From Octopus sinensis (lineage: Eukaryota): 64,000 nt of DNA. The position numbers and the translations under genes were made by a program. The stretch covers positions 45,880,001-45,944,000 of the forward strand of contig NC_042998.1 of assembly GCF_006345805.1 (NCBI RefSeq), read 5' to 3'. Below are positions 1 to 14,233 of the stretch, piece by piece. The notes under the pieces were generated by a model. It was given only the letters and a program-made list of their open reading frames with translations, did not search any database and was not told where the DNA came from. Each line of letters starts with the position of its first letter. The stretch's first letter is position 1.

Positions 1-46
1 TATGTTTAAATTATGTTAAAATCTGCCGTTCAAACCGAAAAGATCC
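1..46. mobile_element. Right end of a GGATC-TIR MITE (same family as 9679-10088), cut by the window edge
   Basis: aaattatgttaaaatctgccgttcaaaccgaaaagatcc matches the terminus of the 23324-23747 copy. Confidence 0.75.
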
Positions 47-191
47 GAAATTTCTTAAAACATGAATTTATGAAAATATTTCCAGATGGTCAACAAAGCT
101 TTAATAATTGCTTCCTTTTTGTACTTTTAGCAACTGTTACATACCTAATTAATAAACAGCTTTTTCCATTATAGTGTAGATAGAAAACACG

Positions 192-228
<37 letters not shown>

Positions 229-267
229 CACACACACACATGTATATATATATATATATATATATAT

Positions 268-578
268 ATCACCGTGATCACTGTGACCGACCAGGCAATC
301 AGATGTTGTTACACATCGCTGGTCACAATGCGCTTCGCATTGTTTTAGCCTTCAAATGACGCCACCCCGCTGGCTAAGCGAGCAGGCCAACAGAAGAAGA
401 GTAAGAGAAAGTTGTGGCGAAAGAGTACAGCAGGGATCGCCACCACCCCCTGCCGGAGCCTCGTGGAGCTTTAGGTGCTTTCGCTCAATAAACACTCACA
501 ACGCCCGGTCTGGGAATCGAAATCGCGATCCTACGACCGCGAGTCCGCTGCCCTAACTACTGGGCCGTTGCGCCTTCA
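268..578 (-). mobile_element. tRNA-derived SINE, family A, full length
   Basis: Minus strand starts with a tRNA-like head (A-box-like cccagtagttagggcag, B-box-like atttcgattccc) and ends in an (AT)n tail; near-identical + copy at 24957-25266. Confidence 0.85.
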
Positions 579-630
579 CACACACACACACACACACCAC
601 ACAACACATATAATATGTATGTGATATATA

Positions 631-677
<47 letters not shown>

Positions 678-687
678 GTATGTAATG

Positions 688-719
<32 letters not shown>

Positions 720-3606
720 ATGTATGTATGTATATCCCACACGCACACACCCACCCACCTATCTCCCACACCCACCCACCCACCTACCTCTCCACACGCC
801 TGTTCACACACACACATACGTAGACCCATCTACGTACATACATTCACACATTTAATCACACACACTTACAGACATACAACACACACTAACATACAAACAC
901 ATGCACATACACACACACATACATACATCCGCACACACATACATACTTACACACACACACACACACACAGACATACATACACACATACACACACACATAC
1001 ATACGCACATACATACACACACCACTCACACACATACCGCACGTACATACTTCACACACACACATGCAACATACATGTAGGCACATACATACATACATAC
1101 CTACACATGCACACCCTTACACTGAATGCACACACACATACACCTTTTTGCATCAAGGCAGCCCCCCCTCTTTTCTGCTTTCCGGTTTTGGCTGATGGAT
1201 CCTCGTTCCCGCGTAGCGGGGCGTTCGAGGGCCTTTGCGCTCGCGCGCCTTGGCGCGCGCTGGGGGCTTGGTCGGCCCCTTGGGCTTGCGTTTGTAACTG
1301 CTTGTGCGTTGTGTGCGTGGGCGCGCTTCGTGTGTGTGGGCTTGCTTCGGATGTGCGCGTGCGTATGTATGCATACATACCCACACACTCGCATGCATCC
1401 CTACCCACATACATACACGCACACCTACTCACACACCAACATACACACACATACCTGCACACCACACACACACATACATACATACACCTACATACCTACT
1501 TCAGACATACACACACACAGACATACACCCATACACTCACACTCACACGCATACACACACACACATACACACGCACACGTACACATACACACACACACAC
1601 ACACCTACATACATACATTACACTTGTATACACACACACTTACATTCATACACACACACACCTACACAGCCCTACCCTCACTCAGACACACACATCTACC
1701 TACACACACACACAAACACACACGGACACACACCCATACTACATACATCTACACACACACGCCTACACACATACATACACACATACATAAACACACACAC
1801 ATACACATATACACACATACGCACACACACATATACTTATACACATGCACACACCACACATACATACATACACCCATATCATACACACACACACATACCC
1901 ACATACTCCTATACGCACATACATACACACAGACATACACACATACACACTCACACAAAACATCACACACACATACTTACACACACACTCACCTGCACGC
2001 GCACACACATGCATGACAAACACCCATACACTCACACTCACATACGCACACACCAACATAAAAACGCACACGCACACGCACACACACACCTACACTCCCA
2101 CACACATACACACACACCTACATACACACACACACGCAGCATACACACGCATACACACATACATTACACACGTAAACACACACCTACATACACATGCATA
2201 CACACACACACACACAAACATGCACGGACACACCCAGCATACAACACACATACACCTATATAACACACGCCCAACAACTACATACACACACATACACACG
2301 CCCACACACCTACATACACACACATACATACACACACATACACGGACACACCCATACATACTTACATACATACACCTATACACACACGCCTACACCCTAC
2401 ATACACACACATGCATACACACACACACACATGTACGCACATACACACCATATACGCACATACATATATACCCACACACATGCACACACACACCACACAT
2501 ACGCACATGCATGCATGCATGCATGCACACGCGCACACCTACACGCATACACACACACGCACGTACACATACATACATACACACACGCATACATACACCC
2601 ATACACATACATGCATCTCCTACACACACATACATACACACTCACACATACATACACACACACACACTCACTCACACACCTGTATGTACGCGCACACACA
2701 TGCACATACACACACTTCCCCACACACCCACGCGTACATACATACACACTCACACACATACACCACACACACACACACGGACATACATCTATGCACACAC
2801 ATACATACACACATACTCACATACATTCATCGGACACAACTGCCACCCGGACATACACGCAGACACACTCACACATCCACACACATACATACTTACCACA
2901 TACTCGCAGCTCCGCGCACGCACGCGCTTGCGCCGGTTCGCGTACGCATACGCTCCGCAGGCACCTCGCTCTTGGAACCGTCGCGTGTCGTTTGGTTTTC
3001 CCACGCCGCCTCCGCGGGACCACTCTTCCATCTTCCCCTCCTGGAGTCCTTTTTCCTTAACCCCCCCCTTTTTCGTTACAACACACGCGCGCACACATAT
3101 ACACACATTGCTTAAATATATACATTACTCTTACACACATTCAATCTACTCGCCATTTATACACCACGACACTGGACACACACACAACACCACTACTCAA
3201 CACACGCTGGCACGCTACATACGCCCCCACCCCTTCCCCCCTCCCTTCCTCCTTCCTTCTTGTTTCTTACTACTGACCTTTGTCTGCTAAGCTGACCACT
3301 ATCTCGCCCTACCTCACACGCCTACAACACAGACGCACACACTAACACACATATATATTTTTTTGTTTTTTCATCTCGCCTCACACACACACATACACAC
3401 ACACGCACACGCACACACTCACACATACACACACATCTGTTGCGTTACCAACCTTGTCTCCACCCTTTTGCCTTTAAACCCACTTTGCTCTGTTTTCGTA
3501 ACACATCCGCCTTTCACCATGTGCAACTCGTAAACACCAGTCGTCTTTTTTCTCTTTCCCTGTTGCCCGCTCTGGGATCTTTCTTCCCTCTCTCTTCCTT
3601 CTTTAT

Positions 3607-3641
3607 GTTTCCGACGAAGAGCTCCGCTCGAAACGTCATAC
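3607..3641 (+). ncRNA. Minimal type I hammerhead-like motif with U4>C core variant (block C copy 1)
   Basis: gttt-CCGACGA-A-GAG/ctccg/CTC-GAAA-C-GTC-atac; stem I has one mismatch; stem III is the loopless ACGT palindrome. Confidence 0.5.
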
Positions 3642-3727
3642 CTCCCTGCTTCCTTTTCCTGAGCGCCTATTAATAATAATACTGTAATTGTTCCATTGTT
3701 GTTGTTTTTTTGTTTCCCGTTTGGATT

Positions 3728-3771
<44 letters not shown>

Positions 3772-3807
3772 TTATGTATGTATGTTGTATGTATGTATGT
3801 ATGTATG

Positions 3808-3854
<47 letters not shown>

Positions 3855-6800
3855 ATCCCACACGCACACACCCACCCACCTATCTCCCACACCCACCCAC
3901 CCACCTACCTCCCACACGCCTGTTCACACACACACATACGTAGACCCATCTACGTACATACATTCACACATTTAATCACACACACTTACAGACATACTAA
4001 CACACACTAACATACAAACAACATGCACATACACACACACATACATACATCCGCACACACATACATACTTACACACACACACACACACACAGACATACAT
4101 ACACACATACACACACACATACATACGCACATACATACACACACACTCACACACACATACCGCACGTACATACTTCACACACACACATGCAAACATACAT
4201 GTAGGCACATACATACATACATACCTACACATGCACACCCTTACACTGAATGCACACACACATACACCTTTTTGCATCAAGGCAGCCCCCCCCCCTCTTT
4301 TCTGCTTTCCGGTTTTGGCTGATGGATCCTCGGTTCCCGCGTAGCGGGGCGTTCGAGGGCCTTTGCGCTCGCGCGCCTTGGCGCGCGCTGGGGGCTTGGT
4401 CGGCCCCTTGGGCTTGCGTTGTACTGCTTGTGCGTTGTGTGCGTGGGCGCGCTTCGTGTGTGTGGGCTTGCTTCGGATGTGCGCGTGCGTATGTATGCAT
4501 ACATACCCACACACTCGCATGCATCCCTACCCACATACATACACGCACACCTACTCACACACACACATACACACACATACCTGCACACACACACACATAC
4601 ATACATACACATACATACCTACTTCAGACATACACACACACAGACATACACCCATACACTCACACTCACACGCATACACACACACATACACACGCACACG
4701 TACACATACACACACACACACACCTACATACATACATTACACTTGTATACACACACACTTACATTCATACACACACACACCTACACAGCCATACCCTCAC
4801 TCAGACACACACATCTACCTACACACACACACAAACACACACGGACACACACCCATACATACATCTACACACACACCTACACACATACATACACACATAC
4901 ATAAACACACACACATACACATATACACACATACGCACAACACACATATACTTATACACATGCACACACACACACACATACATACATACACCCATATACA
5001 TACACACACACATACCCACATACTCCTATACGCACATACATACCACAGACATACACACATACACACTCACACAAACATACACACACACAATACTTACACA
5101 CACACACACCTGCACGCGCACACACATGCATGACAAACACCCATACACTCACACTCACATACGCACACACACATAAACACGCACACGCACACGCACACAC
5201 ACACCTACACTCCACACACATACACACACACCACACCTACATACACACACGCACGCATACACACGCATACCACATACATTACACACGTACACACACACCT
5301 ACATACACATGCATACACACACACACACAAACCTGCACGGACACACACAGACATACACCACATACACCTATATACACACGCCCACACACCTACATACACA
5401 CACATATACACACGCCCACACACCTACATACACACACATACATACACCACACACACGGACCACACCCATACATACTTACATACATACACCTATACACACA
5501 CGCCCACACACCTACATACACACACATGCATACACACACACACACATGTACGCACACACACACACATATACGCACATACATATATACCCACACACATGCA
5601 CACACACACACACATACGCACATGCATGCATGCATGCATGCACACGCGCACACCTACACGCATACACACACACGCACGTACACATACATACATACACACA
5701 CGCATACATACACCCATACACATACATGCATCCTACACACACATACATACACACTCACACATACATACCACACACACACACTCACTCACACACCTGTATG
5801 TACGCGCACACACATGCACATACACACACTTCCCCACACCCACACGTACATACATACACACTCACACACATACACACACACACACACACACGGACATACA
5901 TCTATGCACACACATACATACACACATACCTCACATACTTCATCGGACACACTGCCACCCGGACATACACACAGACACACTCACACATCCACACACATAC
6001 ATACTTACGCACATACTCGCAGGCTCGCGCACGCACCGCGCTTGCGCCGGTTCGCGTAACGCATACGCTCCGCAGGCACCTCGCTCTTGGAACCGTCGCG
6101 TGTCGTTTGGTTTTCCCACGCCCGCCTCCGCGGGACCACTCTTCCATCTTCCCCTCAGCTGGAGTCCTTTTCCTTCCAACCCCCCCCTTTTTCGTTACAC
6201 ACGCGCGCACACATATACACACATTGCTTAAATATATACATTACTCTTACACACACATTCAATCTACTCGCCATTTATACCACCACGACACTGGACACAC
6301 ACACACACCACTACTCAACACACGCCTGGCACGCTACATACGCCCCCACCCCCTTCCCCTCCCTCCCTTCCTCCTTCCTTCTTTTTCTTACTACTGACCT
6401 TTGTCTGCTAAGCTGACCACTATCTCGCCCTACCTCACACGCCTACACACAGACGCACACACTAACACACACATATATTTTTTTGTTTTTTCATCTCGCC
6501 TCACACACAACACACACACACACGCACACGCACACACTCACACATACATACATACACATACATACCTACTTCAGACATACACACACACAGACATACACCC
6601 ATACACACTCACACTCACACGCATACACACACACACATACCACGCACACGTACACATACACACACACACCACACCTACATACATACATTACACTTGTATA
6701 CACACACCACTTACATTCATACACACACACACCTACACAGCCATACCCTCACTCAGACACACACATCTACCTACACACACACACAAACACACACGGACAC

Positions 6801-8657
6801 ACACCCATACATACATACATCTACACACACACGCCTACACACATACATACACACATACATAAACACACACACATACACATATACACACATACGCCCACAC
6901 ACACATATACTTATACACATGCACACACACACACATACATACATACACCCATATACATACACAACACACATACCCACATACTCCTATACGCACATACATA
7001 CACACAGACATACGCACATACACACTCACACAAACATACACACACATACTTACACACACACTCACCTGCACGCGCACACACATGCATGACACCCATACAC
7101 TCACACTCACATACGCACACACCAACATAAACACGCACACGCACACGCACACACACACCTACACTCCCACACACATACACACGCACCTACATACACACAC
7201 GCACGCATACCACGCATACACACATACATTACACACGTACACACACACCTACATACACATGCATACACACACACACACAAACATGCACGGACACACCCAG
7301 ACATACACACATACACCTATATACACACGCCCACACACCTACATACACACACATATACACACGCCCACACACCTACATACACACACATACATACACACAT
7401 ACACGGACACACCCATACATACTTACATACATACACCTATACACCACACGCCCTACACCCTACATACACACACATGCATACACACACACACACATGTACG
7501 CACATACACACACATATACGCACATACATATATACCCACACACATGCACACACCACACACATACGCACATGCATGCATGCATCACACGCGCACACCTACA
7601 CGCATACACACACACACACACACGCACTACACATACATACATACACACCGCATACATACACCCATACACATACATGCATCCTACACACACATACATACAC
7701 ACTCACACATACATACCACACACACCACTCACTCACACACCTGTATGTACGCGCACACACATGCACATACACACACTCCCCACACCCACACGTACATACA
7801 TACACACTCACACACATACACACACCACACACACACGGACATACATCTATGCACACACATACATACACACATACTCACATACATTCATCGGACACACTGC
7901 CACCCGGACATACACGCAGACACACTCACACATCCACACACATACATACTTACGCACATACTCGCAGGCTCGCGCACGCACGCGCTTGCGCCGGTTCGCG
8001 TACGCATACGCTCCGCAGGCACCTCGCTCTTGGAACCGTCGCGTGTCGTTTGGTTTTCCCACGCCCGCCTCCGCGGGACCACTCTTCCATCTTCCCCTCA
8101 GCTGGAGTCCTTTTTCCTTAACCCCCCCCTTTTTCGTTACACACGCGCGCACACATATATACACACTTGCTTAAATATACATTACTCTTACACACATTCA
8201 ATCTACTCGCCATTTAACCACCACGACACTGGACACACACACACACCACTACTCACACAACGCTGGCACGCTACATACGCCCCCACCCCTCCCCTCCCTC
8301 CCTTCCCCTTCCTTCTTTTTCTTACTACTGACCTTTGTCTGCTAAGCTGACCACTATCTCGCCCTACCTCACACGCCTACACACAGACGCACACACTAAC
8401 ACACACATATATATTTTTGTTTTTTCATCTCGCCTCACACACACACATACACACACCACACGCACACACTCACACATACACACACATCTGTTGCGTTACC
8501 AACCTTGTCTCCACCCTTTTGCCTTTAAAAACCCACTTTGCTCTGTTTTCGTAAACATCCGCCTTTCACCATGTGCAACTCGTAAACACCAGTCGTCTTT
8601 TTTCTCTTCCCTGTTGCCCGCTCTGGGATCTTTCTTTCCTCTCTCTTCCTTCTTTAT

Positions 8658-8692
8658 GTTTCCGACGAAGAGCTCCGCTCGAAACGTCATAC
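8658..8692 (+). ncRNA. Minimal type I hammerhead-like motif (block C copy 2)
   Basis: Identical to the motif at 3607-3641. Confidence 0.5.
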
Positions 8693-8783
8693 CTCCCTGC
8701 TTCCTTTTCCTGAGCGCCTATTAATAATAATACTGTAATTGTTCCATTGTTGTTGTTTTTTTGTTTCCCGTTTGGATTAAAAT

Positions 8784-8831
<48 letters not shown>

Positions 8832-9078
8832 TGTATGTATGTATGTATATATATATATATAAAATACCCTTTCGTTGCTTCAAATGAAAATATAATCCGG
8901 ATTTTAATAAAAATGTAAATAAATTATCAGAGACGATTTCTTGTAGTCATGTTGTGTGTAATGGTTAGAGGAAATAATGGAGTGTATATATTCGTTCTCA
9001 TGAAGCTCTTCGTTGTCTATCACTTTGCAGCCACACCGATAACCTCCGATCACCATTCTCAATGTCGTTTTGGCAGCC

Positions 9079-9161
<83 letters not shown>

Positions 9162-9343
9162 CTTTTTAATCGAGGGGAGGCAATGTGAGCAGCAACTAAA
9201 GGAACATTACAAAATCCACAGGAAGATCAAACACATACATTTATTCATTTATCTCTACAGAACAGATATAAAGTCCGACGTTTAAAATATATTAATATAT
9301 AAATATATAAACATCATATAAAATATATAAATATATAAGAATC

Positions 9344-9402
<59 letters not shown>

Positions 9403-9678
9403 TAATATATATATTATATTATATATAGAGAAAATGCCCAAGGTGTCGCGCAGTGGGACTGAAGCCGAAACCGCATGTTTGGGAAGCGAGCATCTTAACC
9501 ACACCGCCATACCTATACCTATAGATAGTGTCTGGAAGAGCGAAGAGCAAAAACAGAAAGCTTCCTGCATGTCGAAACAGCGATCCAATAACTAGTTAGA
9601 ACTATTTTACCCACATCTGATACTAATTCACTTAGGTAACGTATAAAAGTCACAACTTCGCATGCAATTACCTTCTTT

Positions 9679-10088
9679 GGATCTTTTCGGTTTGAACGGC
9701 AGTTTTTAACATAATTTCTAGGTAACTAAAAAATTTTAAACTTCGTATACTGGTAGAATGTTTTTATAAAACATCTTTTTCTCTTGGTTTTATTGAGAAA
9801 ATTTTATTGTTTGTAAGATATTTGTTGTTTTTCTTCTTCAATTTCTGCAATTTCAACCAATCACTGACGTCCATTGAGGTAAAAAAAATATTCTGTGCCG
9901 TATGAATATGTCCCTCGTTTAAGAAACAGATTGGGTTTATTTACATTTGTGAAGAAAAAAAGATACCCTTCCCTCACCCCTAACCCTAACCCTAACCCTA
10001 AAACAGATTGAAATGCAATAGATCGATACTAGGTGACAATTTCATATGACACCGCTAGAAAAAACTGCCGTTCAAACCGAAAAGATCC
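9679..10088. mobile_element. 410-bp MITE with 28-bp TIRs, 8-bp TSD and internal (CCCTAA)n
   Basis: TIRs ggatcttttcggtttgaacggcagtttt / aaaactgccgttcaaaccgaaaagatcc; ccttcttt duplicated at 9671-9678 and 10089-10096; telomere-type repeats at 9978-10001. Confidence 0.9.
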
Positions 10089-10507
10089 CCTTCTTTTTTA
10101 TATGAAGCATATTTGTACCTAATGGCATTGTATATACTCCGCATATTCTCATTAACCCCCGTGATGTTTAAAAGACAAATGCACAGCCAACACAGTTTAA
10201 ATCAGAAACGTCTCATTCCAATAGAAACACTGCTAGACAATAAATCAAATGAGTTCTTTGCTCTGAAAATCTGAAATTGTTCACTCCCACGGAGAAAACC
10301 AATGAACAAACATCTCATTATTTATTCTTCCCTTTATTTGCTTCGGAGTTGAAGTTTTTCTATTTCTATTTTTTGTTCTACAATTAGAAGTTTAACATTT
10401 GCGGGTTCACGGCTACTATCGATTTACGCGTATGTATGTATGTATGTATGTATGTATGTATGTATGTATGTATGTATGTATGTATGTATGTGTGTGTGTG
10501 TGTGTGG

Positions 10508-10546
<39 letters not shown>

Positions 10547-10746
10547 ATATATATATATATATATCTGTAAAATAATATGCCCAGATAACCGAAGGGATGG
10601 TGTTGTGGATTTCCACCTCGGCATCCGAAACTCAGAGTTTTATCTTGGCTATTGAATAATTGTCGCATATTATTTTACAGATAAATTTCCTCAATTTACA
10701 TAATATTGAGGTCTCTTTTCTTTCTTTTGTTATCTTACCGTTTTTA

Positions 10747-10831
<85 letters not shown>

Positions 10832-10846
10832 CATACATACATACAT

Positions 10847-10877
<31 letters not shown>

Positions 10878-11149
10878 CATATGAATATGTATATATAAAT
10901 AATATGTATGTATATCTATACACATATATATTTATGAATATGTATGTGTGTATACATGTACATATATAGATATTCAATGTGTGAGTATACGTATGTATGT
11001 TTACGTGTGAAGGTACCGAGCCTAATGGGTAGAATGTTGAGGTCATAGTCATCAGTCGCGGTTTCAATTCCTAGACCAGTCAGCGCATTGTATCCTTGTA
11101 TCGTTGAGTCCTTGAACTTTATTACACGTTGCTGCAGTGTAATATATAT

Positions 11150-11206
<57 letters not shown>

Positions 11207-11235
11207 AAATAAGCAAAGAAGGATATCCAGAGGTA

Positions 11236-11323
11236 ATGCAGTACGATCGTTTCACGCAACTCCATTTAATTGAACAATGCAATCATTACATCAATTTAAA
11301 TGCAGAGCAATCTTCAGTTGCAC
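11236..11323 (-). ncRNA. Degenerate type I hammerhead-like motif in a probable Penelope-type remnant
   Basis: Minus strand reads gtgcaa-CTGAAGA-(stem II with catttaa..ttga/tcaattaaatg)-GAAA-C-GATC-GTA-ctgcat; palindromic stem III ACGATCGT; imperfect pairs at the base of stems I and II. Confidence 0.45.
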
Positions 11324-12721
11324 AAAAACATAGAATTTAATTTAATTAAAACAGATGAACACATTAGTATAATTTTACCTAAAATCCTCAAGAAGGTAGG
11401 GAGATAGACAAAGGACATACTGCTTTCATTTCAGCTTAGAAGCTACTAAGGTATCAGGAAGAAAGACTTGTTACAGATTTTTGCTTGTCACTGTTTTTTA
11501 TGGGGTCAGTTTTAATTTATAGACTAGTTTTATCAAATCATTTTATATCTAAGCCTAAGAGAACAAGTGTTTGTAAGGGTAGTGTTTGTTAGGCTGAGGG
11601 AGCAGACAGAAATCATAGTGGGTATAGTTATAAAAATCAGGATTTATTAGAAGCAATATCATGAGGTTTGGTAAAGGAAAGCTTAAATTAAGATGTTAGT
11701 TGCCAATTAAGGGGGCGGCCACTAGAATACCATTGATAATGAAACAGGGTGAGTCTATCATGTAGTACTATAGTTAAATATTTTAAACATTGTTGCTATG
11801 TTGTATACAGTTAAAATTTAGGGTTAATCAAAGGTTTATTTCGAAGAATATTATAACAAAAAGATTATCCTTTTGTTATAATATTCTTCTTAATAATCAT
11901 TTGGTTAACCCTAAATTTAATTTAGGTTAATCCTTTGATTAACCTTATACAGTTAAAATTTAGGTTTATCTGGTTATGCTTGAGAATTATGTTAATGGTA
12001 CATTTGGACATGTATCAAATATTTACGCGTTAACTGAAGAGCAGATAATTTGGCTAAATGCACGACTGAATTCTCATCCTCGAACCGACTGAGATCGATC
12101 GATCGATCCATTCAGCTATCAGTCCGTCCGTCAGTCCGTATTTGTTAATGTATGTGTGTGCGTCAATGTATGTTGAGAGAGGAGAGACAAGGAGAATGAA
12201 GTAGAGAGATTGTGAGTGTGTGTGTATATGTGTGTACCTTCAGGTTTTGCGAGGCTGCTGCAGTTTGAAAGAAGGATACAATACAATATTCATTATGGTA
12301 CAGTGTTAGTCACATGTTAAGCGTTTTTTTATCTTTCGTATGAAATGCTAATGTTCTGCTTCAAAATTTTCGTTGTTTTCATTTAAATATGGGTTGTTAA
12401 TGTTTTCCTAAGCTATTTAATCCATTCATTGCATGTCGTATACATTCGTTGCTACATTTTTTAGCTGATGGCCACCAATGTCAACAATTTAATGCAATTT
12501 GGTTGGACTTCGTTGAGAAAGACCCTCGAGAAAAGCCATTTAAGATACTAAATTCGGTATAGGACATTTATGCTGTGTTTACTTGTTTTCTATACGCATA
12601 CATACATACATACATACATACATACATACATACATACATACATACATACATACATACATACATACATACATACATACCTGTGAGTGTATATATATATGTA
12701 TATATATATATATATATATAT

Positions 12722-13661
12722 ACAGAACCATGGAGGTGTTGTGCATCTACAACGGGAACTGGACGAAATATACAGTTGGGCTGAAGAAAATAACATGCAG
12801 TTTAATGCTGGAAAATTCCAAGCCCTGCGCTATTAACACACAAAACTGAATGAAAAGCAGACAAGATACACTGGCCCAAGAGGCATTGCAATCCCTGAAT
12901 CAAAATCAATACGTTACTTGGACATCGACATGACCAATGATGCATCTTTCTAGGTGCACATTACTAAGCTGGAAATAAAATGCAGACGGTTGGCCGGATG
13001 GATCCTTCGAACTTTCAGAACGATAGAACAAAAAACTATGATGGTCCTCTGGAGAACATTCGTCCTCAGCCGTTTGGATCACTGCTCCCAACTGTGGTCA
13101 CCACACAGTGTAAAATTAAAGACGGAACTCGAAGCAATCCAGCGAAAGAAGATCGTTTCAATGCGACATATCAGCTACTGAAAGAGACTGAAAGCGCTAA
13201 AACTCCATAGGGCGAAGGCAGAGAATATACGCAGTAGTATACATCTGGAAAATGCGAGAACTTGTACCAAACTTTAGCATTGTCAATTACACAAACAGCA
13301 GAACGGGGCGCACTGCATAGTACCAAAAATCCGAACATTGCCATCAGGATACAGGACCAGATACTACAACAGCTTGGAATTCAAGGTCCCATAGCTCTTC
13401 AATATCCTCTCACAAAACCGGAGAGACCGACATGTGGTGGATATAGGCGTCTTCAAAATAAACTTGATCTTTTCCTGTCAGTAGTTCCGGATGAACCTAC
13501 CTTACGGCAAGAAACGCAGATCCAAGCAGCAACATCAAACTCCCTCATTCACCAAATGCCACACATCAGAGCAGGGTTAATGAAAGTGTAGCAAAGCAAA
13601 CAGCAGTACCCCAGCATGGTTGCAGCATATGATCGCAGGTCTCAAGCTGAAACTAGAAAAA

Positions 13662-13665
<4 letters not shown>
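12722..13665 (+). mobile_element. 5'-truncated, decayed CR1/L2-group LINE (C-terminal RT region and 3' end)
   Basis: Broken frames give WAEENNMQFNAGKFQALRY and KCRRLAGWILRTFRT...VLSRLDHCSQLWSPH...ELEAIQR, typical of CR1/L2 ORF2 C-termini. Confidence 0.8.
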
Positions 13666-13752
<87 letters not shown>

Positions 13753-13970
13753 ATTATTATTATTTGAGGGAATATTAATCCTAGAAAAACTAAATCAAAT
13801 TTCACACAATATAATATATATATAAAAGTTAGAAAAAAACCCCACCTTTTATCAATTCAAAATGAAAAATTAAATTAAACCATCTAGAAAATTACATATA
13901 ATAGAAATATTAAAATTAAAATACCGATGATTAAGTAAACTGCAAAAAAATAATAAAAACGTATATAATT

Positions 13971-14010
<40 letters not shown>

Positions 14011-14109
14011 ATCCAAACAAGAAAACACAGAAAAAAGAGAAAAAAAACACAGCAACGCGAGGACGTGGAACAGTATATATATATATGTATTATATATATA
14101 TAATTATAT

Positions 14110-14161
<52 letters not shown>

Positions 14162-14233
14162 TATATATGTGTGTGGGTCAGACGAGTACAAAATAGCAAC
14201 GATAAAAATAGAAACAAAAACTATATATATATA

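Larger units (their letters stand above)
721..8784. repeat. Complex CA-rich tandem block array, order A-B-C-A-B-B-C
   Basis: Anchor catacctacttcagac at 1491, 4614 and 6561 (spacings 3123 and 1947). Block A starts at ~721 and ~3841. Block C (catctgttgcgttacc...ttggattaaaatt) at 3434-3733 and 8485-8784. The + strand is almost G-free outside GC islands. Confidence 0.9.

Noticed and set aside
268-578. SINE heads as tRNA genes
   Set aside because: They have A/B-box similarity but no complete cloverleaf, and they continue into SINE bodies present in many copies.
90-8900. Dozens of long His/Thr- or Cys/Val/Met-rich ORFs (up to 481 aa)
   Set aside because: They are translations of (CA)n, (TACA)n and (TA)n repeats that lack stop codons in some frames; they overlap in all frames and show no domain signal.
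9978-10001. (CCCTAA)n as a chromosome end or fusion scar
   Set aside because: Only 3-4 units, and they lie inside a MITE found in multiple copies.
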